From: Chrysomallon squamiferum
Taxonomy: Eukaryota > Animalia > Mollusca
Assembly: GCA_012295275.1 (NCBI GenBank)
Contig: CM022672.1
Span: 25,172,001 to 25,236,000, forward strand
Length of the DNA: 64,000 bases
Direction of reading: 5' to 3'
The translations under genes and the position numbers were made by a program. The notes beneath the pieces are model-generated. The model ran no database searches, had not been told where the DNA came from, and worked only from the letters and a program-made list of their open reading frames with translations. Shown in pieces: positions 1-14,915 of this stretch; positions within the stretch are counted from its first letter, which is position 1; each line of letters starts with the position of its first letter.

Positions 1-635
1 TCTCCTTTGCTGCCATTTGCATCATCTCTGTGTAGCTAATTTATTTCTAAGTCATCAAATGTATTCACTCAAGCAAAATTCTTCAACAGCGTCTTGGCAA
101 AACGCTATAAATTACACACAACACTCTCTTTTGAATGTCGCCATCAAGACATGCATGTGCAGTTGTGAATCGGGTTATTGTATTATCTGCTCGGAATAAT
201 CTTCTAATTGATTTCTCGGCCAGTCTCATCCCAAAGGGGAAAATGTCATCAATTTATAGCGGCATCCGCGTGGACCTGTCACCCGGTCCTGTGGATTCTG
301 GTCTTAAATGATGCACGCTACACAAAGCGACCTCTTCGTGCTCCCAGACCCTGTCTGTAACCATCGCTAATTGAAACTGGCAGGGAGGGAATTGCTCTTC
401 CTGCTCAAACAAGACTCAGGAAAACTATTCCGATGAACAAACTGAAGGTACAAATGAGCTTTTGTTAAGAACTTGCTCGTCCGTCGCGGAGATCGTTCGT
501 CTTCGACAAACATCGAGGAAGGAATGTGTACAGGATGATGCATGTTCTGTACAAAACTATCGGTCATGGCCTGTCGCCCTTTGTAATGTATGTTTTCTTC
601 GTGTATATATTTAATATGTCATTGTCAGAAACGTT

Positions 636-680
636 ATTGAATGTTCTGAACCTAATAGCAATTGAATGTTCTGAACCTAA
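636..680. repeat. Short direct duplication, 2 x ATTGAATGTTCTGAACCTAA, period 25
   Basis: Identical 20-mers at 636-655 and 661-680. Confidence 0.9.
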
Positions 681-2330
681 AGAGGTCGCTGGCTGGTGTA
701 TATTTGGGAACAGGTTTAACGTAACGATTGGAACAGGAATGGGCAAAGGTTTATGGCTGGAATAATATCGAGATATATATGTTTCAGAAATATACGTATC
801 TTTTAAATAAATAAATATGACGTTGCATGGTATATGTCTTTGGTTCAGAACGGACTCCGGAGTTTTCATTACTTTAACATTAAACTATTACTAGGAGTGA
901 CTCGATCCAAATGTGTAATAAAGCTATGAACTTTATCATATTTTGTTATCGCACTTGCAGATGAACTTTACATTTAACTGCCTAATGAATGATTCACTAC
1001 ATTGAGTAACATTGTTTTATCATCACAGCAACAGATATATTGTTCCCTGGGGTCTATTAACAGTTAATAATTTTATGGTAAATTAATTTTCTTTTCAAAA
1101 AAGCATTATCGATAATCAATACAGGCAAATAATATTAAATGTACATACACACATTTATTAATGCTGGAAAAAAAGAGACCAATCCAATAGAAATTAGAAG
1201 ACAAAAACAAACATTTAGCCTCAGTAAGTTCTGCTTTTATTCCAACACAAATGATATAAACAACATTCTTTGTATATCACTAATTATATATAATAATTTA
1301 ATTGGTCGTATTTCGTAATTTTATAAAAATTAATGTAATATATCCTCAATAAACTTATTATACACATTATATAACATTTACATGACATAAAAATACTTCC
1401 TAGCATCATAAAAACTATACAGAAAAACTTCAGTATTATTATTATACAGTTATAGACTAAAGAACATAATTGTTAGGGGCATTTTGCGAACAAGCTAATT
1501 ATTAACCAGCACATGTTCACTCATTTGGAGTAATGACGAGAAAACTGTCTCCACAATCGATACTGAATGTTTCTAGAAGATATAGCTGTCAGGAGTTTTC
1601 TCTCTAAGTCTCTGGATTACCAATAAAGCACGTGCTTACAAGCTGTAATTTTGAAGACGTGACGAACCAGCTCTCTTGTCTGGTCTTTTCATTACCAGCA
1701 GACCTGATTGCCATTAGACTGATGAGCCCTTTTTAACCAACATGGCCGCCATTCAAATATCGATAGAGCGGCAGACTAGACTAATCGAAAAAGTGATCTT
1801 AATAGAAAACATTTTTTTTTTTTATTATTCATTACAATTTTTTTTAACCACTGTTTGTTTAATTTTTTTGATTTTTAAAATTCTTAAAAATGTTTTTGAA
1901 AAAAGACAAAAAAAAAAAAAAATTTTTGTTTCGTTAAGTCAATTTCTGATCTTGCAAGTTAAACATATTTTTTGACTGGTATTTGGTGAATCGTCAAAGA
2001 CCCATTTAATAATTAAACAGAGAACATTCTAGTTTGACCTTTTGGTATAAGCGATTTCGAAAAATATTCTTTATTTTCTTTTTTCATTCTTTTTTTTTCT
2101 TCAGATGTATGATTTCAAATTCTTTTGATTATTATATTTTTTTTCCCTATCTCTCTTTCAAAGAACTAATTTTTCAAGCCAATGATTTGATATTTTATCT
2201 GTCTGCCTGACTCTAGGTCTATTTGTCTTTTTATTGTCTGTATAAACCAACAGGGTGAATAGCCAATTTAAAGAATTACTGAGAAATTTTATAGTGATAA
2301 ATATCTTTCATTATATAAAAAAGAAGAAAA

Positions 2331-2384
<54 letters not shown>

Positions 2385-3188
2385 AGTTTGCGCAGTCACA
2401 GATAGATTGATATACGGACCAGTCTATCCATTAGAGTGCAAACTACATTTTTTTTTGTTTGTTTTTGTATATGTTTTTTCTTATTAAAAATAAAAAAAAT
2501 TCACACTGAATCAAATAAGAAGAAACATTAAAGTCGATGGAAATGTCTGTTCCCAAAACAAGACAACATACACAGTGTTTAATTTTTCTTTACGTACATT
2601 GATTCCACAGACCATTAATTCATCCACAAAGTATTTAACTCTGAAGTCTAATAATTTATCTTCATCCTTCGAGATAAACATCTTTGTCCTGAGCAGTCTG
2701 GATCTCCAAGCATTAAAACTGCTTATCATCTGGCTTTGTTATTCCTGCCCGAAGGTTTTTCATTTGTACTAAGTGTACCCTAACGGGCAAATCTCTGAAC
2801 ATAATAACACCCAATCGTTTGTGTACGCGGTAGGAAGATCATCACTACCTAGTCAAAACCTTCCCCTCGGGTGCCATTTCCAAGAACATTATGGCCAGCT
2901 TTGGTTTCATTGTAGAATGCTTTAGCGACTTGGGATTATTATTTAATGCTAATACTTAAATCTTTCTTCCTTGGCGAATACGAACGAGGAGAGATGTAAT
3001 AATGGTGTTTCTTGACCAGTGTTTGTGATACCAACATCTAGATGCAAGCAATTTTAGATGGCGTAGTGGTTAGGACATACGCTTTTGAAATCTCGTGTTA
3101 TAGAATCGTGTGTTACTGCAAGCTGCTATATGGAGCTGAGTTTTGAAGTCTATATTTTTATTGATTAAAGTTTTAGATAAATAATCTG

Positions 3189-3818
3189 ACAAGTTATGAG
3201 GATTCGAGTTACGAGCAGTCGGCCGGTCGATTTTTTGCTTTGAGTTGCAAGCCATAGTTCGAGTTATGGGCGAACTTCAGTTACGTCGCCGCTAGTTGGC
3301 ACAACGAACAACATAACATCCAGTCAGCACCCCGCGTCTCACTCGTTTATTTCACGTGATTATCTCGCCGCGGAAGCATCTTTTGTTGTGTTGTGCTCGC
3401 GTTTTGTGCCGCATTTTGTCAAATTTCTTTTTTTCTGACCATGGATCGTAAGAAAATGAAAAGTGCTTAGAAGAAGAAGAGGATGATGTCCATTGATTTA
3501 AAGCTTGAATTCAAAGAAAAACATTAGCGAGATGTACATGTAGACTTGGCTAGGTAGTACGAGTATAATTTGTCTGATTTCCAAAATAAATACACTTTAC
3601 TTACACCAATTTATTTATTTAAATTCTCTTTTATTTTGTTTTTTTTATACAATATTTGTCATTTAAAATACATTTTTGTTATTTAAAAATGACGTAACAA
3701 AAAAAAAACAAAAAACAACTATAAACAGCATTTTTGGGGGGCTGGAACGGACTAATGGCATTTCATATTAATTTCAGTTGGGAAAATTGATTTGATATAC
3801 GAGCAAATTGAGATACGA
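3189..3818 (+). mobile_element. Decayed second copy of the same Tigger-like element; both termini lost, transposase frame broken
   Basis: Colinear with about 61790-62477. Shared blocks: TTACGAGCAG, TTTTTGCTTTGAGTT, CAACGAACAACATA, GTGCTCGCGTTTTGTG, CCATGGATC(G/C)TAAGAAA (ATG 3441), GATGATGTCCAT, ATAATTTGTCTGAT, GGCTGGAACGGA, GATTTGATATACGAGCAAATTGAGATACGA. In-frame TAG after 9 codons. Confidence 0.88.
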
Positions 3819-3921
3819 CAATAATGACATTGACAATATAACCAGACAACCATAACAACAACTATAAACAGAACAACAGCAACAGTAATTACAAGAACAG
3901 CAACAGGAACACGGACTGGAT

Positions 3922-4328
3922 CAAGAACAAGAACAAGAACAAGAACAAGAACAAGAACAAGAACAAGAACAAGAACAAGGAACAGGAACAAGAACAAGAA
4001 CAAGGAACAAGAACAAGAACAAGAACAAGAACAAGGACAGGAACAGGAACAGGAACAGGAACAGGAACAGGAACAGGAACAGGAACAGGAACAGGAACAA
4101 GAACACAGGAACAAGGACAAGGACAAGGACAAGGACAACAAGGACAAACAAGAACAAGGACAAGAACAAGAACAAGAACAAGAACAAGAACAGGAACAGG
4201 AACAGGAACAGGAACAAGAACAGGAACAGGAACAGGAACAGGGACAGGGACAAGAACAAGAACAAGAACAGGACAGGACAAGGACAGGAACAGGAACAGG
4301 AACAGGAACAGGACCAGGAACAGGAACA
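3922..4328. repeat. Compound hexanucleotide repeat (ACAAGA)n/(ACAGGA)n/(ACAAGG)n, within A/C-rich low-complexity sequence about 3840-4520
   Basis: Directly visible. It is the source of the poly-VP/CS/LF minus-strand ORFs at 3752-4487. Confidence 0.95.
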
Positions 4329-5418
4329 ATAACAGAATCGAGAACAGTAACAACAACAACAAAAAACAACATTAAAATAACAGGGAACAATAACAAGAAT
4401 AAACACGAACAAGACCAACAAGAACAAAATCGAAAAGAACAACATGCACGAACAAGAACAACAACAACAAAATCTCAAAAACAACAAGAAAAACTACAAT
4501 AACTACAATAACAACTATAAGTAAGTAAATAAATAAATAATAACGAAACTAAATTTAAATTAAAAAAATAAAATAAAATAATAATAAAAAGAAATCGATA
4601 ATAAAGAGATTGAGTCAAAACGACCCAGACACAATACACACATCCGTAACTTTCATAAGACATTGCCAAAGCTTTGCTTTACAAGTATATTTTTGTTCTT
4701 AATCCAATTGTCTAGACAATGAGAGTAATATTTTAATATCCCTAAAGCATTTATGAAAACCAAATGAAAACGTAGAATGACGGAAAATGTCTTATAATAT
4801 GACTTTATTGTCTGATTCCCATGTCTGATAAGGATTTTGTACACTTTTAATTAAATAGTGTCAGACATTTCTCAGCTTGTTCTATTTATGTCCCCTGTTG
4901 CCAAGCAACCATTTCTTCTAAACTACTCTGATAGACAACTGCAGCAATGCTGGCATAGAAAAGATTTTAATTTTTAGTATATATATACATTTTGTTTTCT
5001 TCTTAATGTCTTTGTGTAATTATAGAAATTATTAATCTTTTTATCTAGATTTGGAAATATATGACGAGAATTATTAATAATTCACACCTGTTTTTTTTTC
5101 ATTATTAACGTTTATTATGGGTTTATTTCGGCAAATATGGAAAACCGTACTGGCGACAAGAAGATGTAAGTGTAGTGTCACGAAACTTTGAGGAAAAGGC
5201 GATTACACAAACAAAAACTCTTTGTTAATAATTCATAACTGTTTTTTACGACAACATATAAATTTCAGAGAATTATTTCAGGGAATTTATAGTAGTTCAA
5301 AATATGGCTGGCAAGCTGCCACAGGTCGCAAATTTCAGATTTATTGACGGTATTCGATTAATCAACAACAACAACAACAAAAAGGTTGTTATTAATACAT
5401 AACTATTTATCTCTTAAC

Positions 5419-5464
<46 letters not shown>

Positions 5465-6601
5465 GGAAAATGAGATTATTCAAATTTCAGGTATAGAAAT
5501 AATACTATCGACAAAAATGTTTAGCTCTAATATTTCGTGAATTTGAGAGAATACGACTAATCAACTGACGACAAAAAATGGATGTCAAGAAATATAATAT
5601 ATAACATAAAAATTATTTTGAAATTCTGAGAAAACAATCGTCCACATTTATTTATTTTTTTAATGTTTTATTTATTTATTTATTGCTATTACATGTAGTG
5701 TTAAATATGTATTCGTTTATGAGGAAGGAAAATTATACGCATAATCACTTCAAAAGCAAAATTGGCCAAGAGTCAGTGAAAAAAAAGGAAAAAAAAGAAA
5801 AAAAAAAGAAAAATCAGACATTTCAAGTTTTAATTCTCAAAGATCTCCCTTCCCAAGCATCTGCTGTTAAATCGGCTACTTTCAAAATCAAAACCTTTTA
5901 GCTTCAAGTCGTTCAAATTGAATCATATTAGCTGAACAGTAAACGCAGTCAAATCGAGTTAATGTGGGCGCTCGCTGTGATGTAACAACTCACGACAGTT
6001 CCGTGTTCTCCGCAGCGTCATTTTGCTTAATGAAGAACTTGACATTTCACAGAACAAATTTAAGTTGAGGATATAAAAAAAAAAAAACTAGAGAAATTTT
6101 TTCATTCCGAGAGATATGTAAGAAATAAAAAATGTTTAGATTAAAAGAAAAACCATGTAATATTTAAAAAATAAAACAAATAATAAAAAACTAAAAAAAC
6201 GATGAAGAAGAAACCGTTAATAAATAGAAAATAAAAGCAAAATAAAAATGATAAAATCAGCCTATACAATAAATAATAGTAGTAAAAATATGTATCCAAG
6301 CACTCTCTCTCTCTGTCTCATTGTCTCGTGTTTTCTGTTTTTTCTCCTTCTGTCTCTCTTTTCTCTGTTTTTTTCTGTCTTTCTCTTGCAGTCTCGTTCT
6401 CTTTGGAGTTTCTGTTCTCTCACGCTTTCTCTTTTTTCTCTTTCTTTTTTCTCTCTCATTCTCTTATTTCACTCTCTCTCTCTTTCTCATCTGTTTTTCT
6501 CTTTTTCTCAGTTTCTTTATTTTTATCTCATTCTGAGGTTTTTTTTTGTTTTTGTTACGTTCGTATTCTGTCTTTCACCTTTTCCCCTTCCCTCTCTCTC
6601 T

Positions 6602-6726
<125 letters not shown>

Positions 6727-7243
6727 ACTCTCCAATCCTCTTCCCACTGATGTAATAAAAGATCAGAAGACGCTCTAGGAAGAAGTTAATTCTGTTAAGA
6801 TTATTTTCATGTTGGTCACGATCGTACTGGGAAGCCGCTATTGATGTCAGATGACCTATTTCCAGAATATCTCCGAGTTTCGTGTTATCTACTCATGTTA
6901 TGGCTTCCTTCATCAATTTTACGCTTAAATAACGCCAGAAATACACGTATAGGAGGTTGTTTGTTTGTTTGGACTCGTCACCATCAAAGAGAACAACATA
7001 AAATGAAACAAGAAGTTATAAGCTGGTTTTTGTTATGAATCAGAATTATAAATCTCTGTTCCATTCCATGCCACTGGGAGGCATCTTTTCAGAATACAAA
7101 TATAAAAAATTTAATGTCCTTGGAAATATTTAACGTTCTTCGGCATTTAAAAATATATCTTGATTACGGGGAAGATAACATTTTTATTAGATGTATATTA
7201 CAGATTAGAGAGGTGGGGAGAGAGAGCTAGTGAGAAAGGGAGG

Positions 7244-7350
<107 letters not shown>

Positions 7351-8124
7351 ATCTTTCTCAAGTCTAAAAGGAAGAGAAATCTGTGGCACCAGACATACAA
7401 AATATGAACTGATGATAGAATAAACGAGTCTGGATCATAGTGATAGATGTTGATAAGATCCATCAGTGTAAGAATTGTCTAATTCATGTTAATAATAGTT
7501 AACTATACCTTTCAAAATATGCTTTAAATCTGTTTCAAAAAGCTGTTTCATTTATCTCAAAACCTACTTTTTCTGCTTGGAATCTTTCAGCAATGCACAA
7601 CATTATCAATATATATTTTTATATTTTAGGTATTTGAAGGAAGACAGACTAAGGTTTCTAATTCAGGAACTGAAATCTGCGGACTACGCAATCTTAGAGC
7701 AAAACCATGAGATGGGGACTGCATACTGCATTTCTAAGTAAATTAAAAGTGAATAGCGAATCTGATAGGTCTCGTGTATTAATACATTGTGGACGATTTC
7801 GTTACCATTACGCGCCAGTGCGTAGGCACCGTGAGAAAATAGTGCGAGAACTTGTTCTGGCAGAGCTATCGACGTGACAGATTACCTGGCATGGACTATG
7901 AGACACAAATAGAATGATTTAATTGGGTTTGTTACTTCTGTTTCAAGTCGCGAAAAGCGTAGCTTAAAAAAGGATTTCGGTGAGATTGAAAATAAAGATA
8001 TAAATGCAGCATTGAAATAAGATATGTGATAATAAAAATAAAAAATAAGAGAGAAACTCGATGAAGCTAAACGTGGCAGATAATCTAACACGTACTGAAT
8101 CTCAACGTTACAAACATAAACTCA

Positions 8125-8130
<6 letters not shown>

Positions 8131-8210
<80 letters not shown>
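8131..8210. repeat. (CT)n microsatellite
   Basis: Directly visible. Confidence 0.98.
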
Positions 8211-8216
<6 letters not shown>

Positions 8217-10637
8217 GTCTCTGTAATACTCTGGCTCTCTCTGGCTCTCTCTCAATCCATCTCTGAATCAGCTGTTAGAATATTTGCCTGCTATGTGATG
8301 GTCATAGGATATCAAGCCTCTTTTTTTTTTCATCAACAAAGATCGTATTTCACATATATATACATATAAAACTAAAATTGTATTAATATTTATTCTTTTT
8401 TTTTTTCCTCATTAATTTTTATACACTTTTTCAAACTGGTACAAACACTTTTTCTTTATCTCTTGTTTCCGATTATTAATCCATATATTCACTCTGCTTT
8501 TCCCTTTATCTGGAAAACAAAATAATATCTAATAACTATAATCAGCTTTTGAGAAATACTAATTTCATAACTGACTCTAGGCATGAAGTAGTTTGAAAAA
8601 GAAATACAAGAAAAAACACCAAACTAAAAAACTACAACCCAAAACAAACAAATACGGCAATATGCAAAAAACAACAACAAACAAACAAATAAATAAATAA
8701 ATAAAAAAAAAAAAAAAAAAAAAAACAAAAAACCCCCACAAACAAACAGCAATCCCATGATAATTTGCCAAATAAATTCAAATATTCACTTAATGATCTA
8801 AAAAGAAACTAATGCTTGTTCATATTATTGAATTTGCATTTACGTTTACATTTCTGAATTAAAAAAAACTATCATTAAAAATTGCTATTTTCGATAGTCG
8901 AAAAGAAATGAATAATGAGGCATTTTTTTTTCTTCATTGGGGAAAACAAGACATAGCTAGTTCTGGTCCACCTAAATTGCAAAATCAGTTGTGATTACTC
9001 CAGTATCAGTACCGAAAATACCATCAAGCTAATATTAGTTTTGGACCGGGCAAAAAATGTTAAGTACCGCAAAGTTGCTATAATGACCACCTAGTAATCA
9101 GAGAAGGTGATATTGTGGCTAGCATCTGTCAGAGTCGATGTCTGGGTCGGTAAATGTTGTGTGCAATTAGTTCCGGCTACGTTGGTTTGTTTTAGCATTT
9201 CAGTTCTTTACTGACAGTCAGGTGGCGACTGCATACGAATAACAAGAGTAAAGAACAAATTCTGGATTCATTTATTTATAACTCCAGAATCTGTGCAGTT
9301 AAGCTTGCGTTTGTTTTTTTGGTGCAATGGTTTTGTGATGTATAACTGTTCTGTTTTACGTCGACATATAGGGAATATGATTGCTTTTCTTCACGATCGT
9401 TTAAAGTCAAATTGTTATTTTTACCCTGACTGTTATGGGAATGTGACTGTTTTTAGTATGATGACTGGTTTTTTTTAAGACTGACTATCAGTGTGACTAT
9501 TTTTCAGAAGGATGGTTTAACTTTTATAATTCTACTGGACATTAATGTTAAATCTTTTGCGTAAATCATTTTCTGTTTTGAAGTCTAAACAAAACCAATG
9601 TTTATTTGCTTATTTGGGCACTATATAAATTCTATAAACTTTCGCACACTCTCCGATATAAAATGGGTAATATAATGTTGTAGGCAATATATGTATCTGA
9701 ATAAAAATAAAAATTTATTTCAAAAACAGCATAAAAATGTATATAAAAAAGGAAATATGAAATTAAAAAAGAAATAATATTTCATAAGCTTTTATTTATT
9801 ATTTCGCGGCTTTGTTTCTTTATCATTTTATTTATTTCCCTTTGTTTAGCGGCTATCAAACTACTCAATAAAACTTTCTCTGCAGTGAACAACAGATGCA
9901 AACTTTAAAGCGTATTACTTGTGTTACGACACAACACCAGGAGAATAAAACCTGTCACCAAATGCACAGAGATGTAAAACACAACAGCGTGCCGTTTATT
10001 ACCTCATTAACGTTTTATAACAGCGACGACTGTACGAAACAGACACGACGTAGACGACGTCATGGTATGTCGTATATTTTTACGGTGCATTCCAAGACAC
10101 AGGTTTAATGATGGCTGCTCCGTGCTGTGGGTTTTTATAGTTCAGTTTGTGCATCGTGTCTGACTATGCCCATAAAAATGTCAGAATGTCGGAGATTTTT
10201 TTAAATTTTTTTTTGACACTCACAGACGTAACGGTGATGTAAAATAAAATGACTACATTTAATGCTTTTTAAAGTTTTCTTCCAGAACTTGTTTTCCGAG
10301 TTCCTTCCATGAATATGGGAGTTGCCAAAGTCACAACATATTTTTGATATTAGTTAAAGAACGAGGAGGAAGATACAGAAAAAGTGTTCAAATTAGTAAA
10401 AACAAATGCTATATTAAATACTGCTTTGTCAGACTCTTGTCTGTACTCGCGATACACTAAGTATTTAACGGCAGCAGCAGCAATAGCAACAATCGGCAGC
10501 ATCTTGTACATTAAAATATTACTTTTAAGTCAGTATTCAAGTACTCATCGTTTTCTGTGTCCGAGAATCATAACTATTATCATTTTTTTGTATTCTTATT
10601 CTCATATAGTATTATTATTGTCGTCATTGTTGTTATA

Positions 10638-10638
<1 letters not shown>

Positions 10639-10709
<71 letters not shown>
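10639..10709. repeat. (ATT)n microsatellite
   Basis: Directly visible. Confidence 0.98.
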
Positions 10710-10712
<3 letters not shown>

Positions 10713-12475
10713 TATCATTATCTTTCTTACAATGCTTCTGTTGTGGTTGTTAATTATCACATCATTATTATTTTGGGTTTGTGAGATGCTGGTTGAATAC
10801 TTTGACTTCTTAGTGTATGACTATTTCACTGGAGCACTACGTTTAACTTTGCCTGTCGACATCATTATGGTTTTAGGTATCGCGAAAGGTATTCTTCTTT
10901 TCGAAATAAACGATTTCGAAAAGACCGTAAGAGCTAAACAATAAAGACGTCTGCAATACATTTATCTTGTCTGTAAACGTAATTAGAACGAGCAAAATGC
11001 CTGTACTAAACAAACAAACAATAAAAATAAACTTAAATTTGGAAACAATGGTTTTCGCAAGCTTAAAGCAATTTTGATCAAGTACGAAATAAATAAACGT
11101 ATTCCGCGAAGATTTCTGTTCGCAACGCTGGAAATACAAACTGAACTGGCTACATGCAAGTGTGGCGCCGCTTATTTACGATTTTCCCACGTGACTTGAC
11201 TACGGTCATAAAAAAGGAAGTGAATTATGGGATATTTGCCGGGTGAGTTTTTTATTGCTGTCAGTCAGTTACTTGTGTAGTGGCAGATGCTTGTTAGACG
11301 TTCTTTGAAATCTGGTTGTAAATAAAAAGGATGACAAATGGAAAGATGTAATGTACACTAAACTGCTGCCCCGAAAATGAGGTGATTCACACTAACGTGA
11401 CAGGTAAAAACGCGATAAAAGAACAATAAAAGAGAAAATGAAAGTAACTGCTACATTCAGTCATAACATTACTTTGTGTTCGTTCTTGTTTTTATTGTTA
11501 TTGTTGTTGGTTATAGTTGTTGTTGTTTTTGTATTTTTTTAATCTTTATCTTTTCTCTCCATTAACCTATACGTCCTTCGGCCGTCCTTCATCATCCACA
11601 CTATCTGTTTCTCTATCTGTCTGTCTTTATCATTTGGCTGTGTGTCTTTGTATCATGCACTATTTATCGTAGTTTTAAAAGATGTATTCTGTTTTCGCTC
11701 CTTAGAATTTATAGACATAAACACAGTAAGATATTGTCTCTTGTTTAAACTGATTCTTAATGAGAAAAACACTTGTAATGGACACAGTGATGTTAGTGTT
11801 TACAAGTAATACAAATGCTTTTTTTTTTTTTTTTTTTTGGACAAAATTAAAAGTGTGGAAATCGAATAAACAAAATAAAAGAAAAATGACAACAAACATT
11901 CACGGTTATAAAAATAATAATTATCATAATTATATAGTAAACAATCTACCTTCTGATAAGTCTAACTTATATAAATGTATGCAATAACATCATAAACATA
12001 CAGCTACATATACATTCACGCACAAAGAGAGAGAGAGAGGACCAAAAAAAAAAAAAAAAATAAAAAATAAAATAAATAGAGATAACAAAACAAAATAAAG
12101 AACAGAAAAATATAAAAAAGAAAGAGAGAGAATACCACAAAACATAGTTGCAGCACAGAAGTTACCATCGTTAACTGGAATATTCAGAATGACAAATGGC
12201 TAAGTGCCCGAAACTGAGAAAAACGAAATTGCCTGCCAAATGAACAGTTGTGATAAATGAACTCCGCAACAAAAACTAACCATCACTGAGTTTACTACAA
12301 AACATTTATCAACGTCTTAAACAAATATACAAAATTAACTATATTTGTTATTTGTTTCCTTTTCCGTTTAATATATATATATATATTTTTTTTATTTTAT
12401 TTACAGAATCTGAATTTCAGTTCTCGGTAATAAGTACTGTTGTGCGTTGCAATCCTGGTTTATAAACACACACAC

Positions 12476-12528
<53 letters not shown>

Positions 12529-13399
12529 ACACGCACACACAAATACATTCACACACGTGTATATGTATAATTACATATATTAAAACCCTACAACTTCTAA
12601 GGTTAGATAAATAGTTTTGCACGCCACGACTCTTCTCGAATAAGAGTACTGTAAAATCATTTGCATGCAGCCATCCATTATGGGGGCTTTGTTGACTCAC
12701 ACACTTCCTAGTTGAAAGGGAATTATTGACTAGCTAAATGACAGGTAAATACAACGAGTTTAATATTACCTGTCGCCGGACATTTTATCTTTCTATAGTC
12801 GCGACTGCGGCTTTAGAAGCACGCACCAAACTCACTGACGTCTCGTTCAAGTTTATTCTTTGTCTGAAACCGCGAGAGACTCACAGACACACAGACTCAA
12901 GACATTCTGGTTTGGCTAGCAGGTTTCATACTCGTAATCTACATTTCCCAAGGGAATGGAATAAGCGTGTGTTCTGCTATCGAACCGAGATGTAAGGTCT
13001 TTTTTTATTGGCTGAATTACAGAGCTACGCGGTCAGATTGAGTAATGATATGTGTTGTTATAACGTTATGACGTGTGAGTTCAGATATTTGTGATATTGC
13101 ACGGCTGGTTGAATTGCTGGGCTTTGTCAACCTGCCAGTAGTAAGAGATCATCTTTCTTGTATTTGACATCTGTCACCAGTGGCTAAAAATACAAATGAT
13201 ATTTTACTGTCAAAAATGTAAGTACTTTAAATGGAATGCCACTTAATGCACCAGCGTCGAAATATAAAAAAAAAAAAAAAAAAAAGAAAAATAAATACTA
13301 AATAAATAAACAAGCAAAACATGAGTACCAACAACAAAGACAGAGTCTAAATATTTGTTTTATTGGAGAAAGTAAGAGAAAAAGTGAATTATAAAGATT

Positions 13400-13513
<114 letters not shown>

Positions 13514-14512
13514 TTTAACAATAATATTAAATAATAACAAAAGAACAAAATAAAGCAAAAACAAAAACACCTCACATAATAAACTTTCCTTTTATCAGGA
13601 GTAACATACATATCAGTCATTATGTTACAAAGCACTCTGATGCCTAGCATTTTAATTACTTCTTTCTTCACAATTATACGAATTTAATTTTTAGCAAAAA
13701 TCGATAAAAATTCAGATAAAAGCCCGAATTAATTTATTTCTCGTTACGGATGGGTCACTGTGTAACGTGAAACCTCAACAGGCGTCATTTAAAATAATTG
13801 TTGTTTATTATTCTACACCATTTAATATCGTGAACAAAGATTTATTACGCTTCTGTTGTAATTATAAACAAAATATAATTAAAAGGCGTTCATGCATATA
13901 TAACATCATTATGCATCGAACATTTCTTCGCAGTTGGAACAAAGGGATACAGACGAGTAGAAACTCGACGCCAGTGATAATTTGATAGCTGTTATCGAAA
14001 CGTTCGCAAATTTCGCCTTTAATCACGGAACACGTAACAAGTGATGCGATGCGACGGTTTGAAAATTGGCGCTAATTACGGTCTCACTACACAATTAGTT
14101 TTGCGTTCGCTCATAACGACAAATTCGTAACGACAGTAACAAGATGCCGCTGCGACAGACTGAGAACGGATTAGATACAAATTACACCATGCTGGGAGAA
14201 CAGAAACATTTCATTTCGTCAAATCTCTCCGATAATTTGGTCCGGCCCTTTCTTCTTCTCTTTGTTTCTCTATTAGCGTTTCTCGGTTTTGTCAAATATT
14301 TCCTGTCCTGTTCTCTTACAAATTTAGACCATTTTTCATCTTTCTTTTCATTTTCTTCTTCTTCGTTTTCTCTTTGTTTCTGTAAGGGAGACTCTCGGTT
14401 TTATTAAATATTTATTCTGAGTCTGTTAGTATTTAATCAACTATCCATTATCATTTTAATTTTCTCTTTGTTTTTCTGCGTTAGTCTGTTTCCGTCATCC
14501 ATTTTCATCTTT

Positions 14513-14568
<56 letters not shown>

Positions 14569-14602
14569 TTATCTCTTTCTCTCTCTTTCTCTCTCTCTCT
14601 GA

Positions 14603-14666
<64 letters not shown>

Positions 14667-14804
14667 CTCTTATTTTTGGTTAGATGTCGTTTCTCTCACT
14701 TTTCATTTACAGTAGTAGTGTCTTTCTCTTACAACCATTCCTTGTCATTGCATAATCAAGTCTGCCTGTCTGTCTCGATGTATTGGTATCAGTTTTAACT
14801 AGAT

Positions 14805-14915
14805 TATTTAGAGTTGTAAGAATAGCCTCACCTGAGGACCAAAGGTGCCTAGGATCGATTAGCGTCGAAGGACACATCGTTTTATTTTATGTTCTGGCTG
14901 ATTTATATCAAAGAC
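14805..14915 (+). mobile_element. 5' fragment of a decayed tRNA-derived SINE
   Basis: CCTGAGG-N13-AGGATCGATT (14831-14860) has the same motifs and spacing as the element at 16043-16072. It has a box-B-like GGATCGATT and a downstream TATATCAAAG. Boundaries approximate. Confidence 0.5.

Noticed and set aside
375-613. ATG-less open frame (NWQGGNCSSCSNKTQENYSDEQ...) with a GTATGT donor-like site near 588
   Set aside because: No pyrimidine tract at the candidate acceptor, no recognisable domain, and a length compatible with chance.
3752-4487. Long minus-strand ORFs (157-214 aa) rich in CS, VP and LF dipeptides, superficially metallothionein- or membrane-like
   Set aside because: They are translations of the hexamer array, open in all three frames, with no unique coding context.
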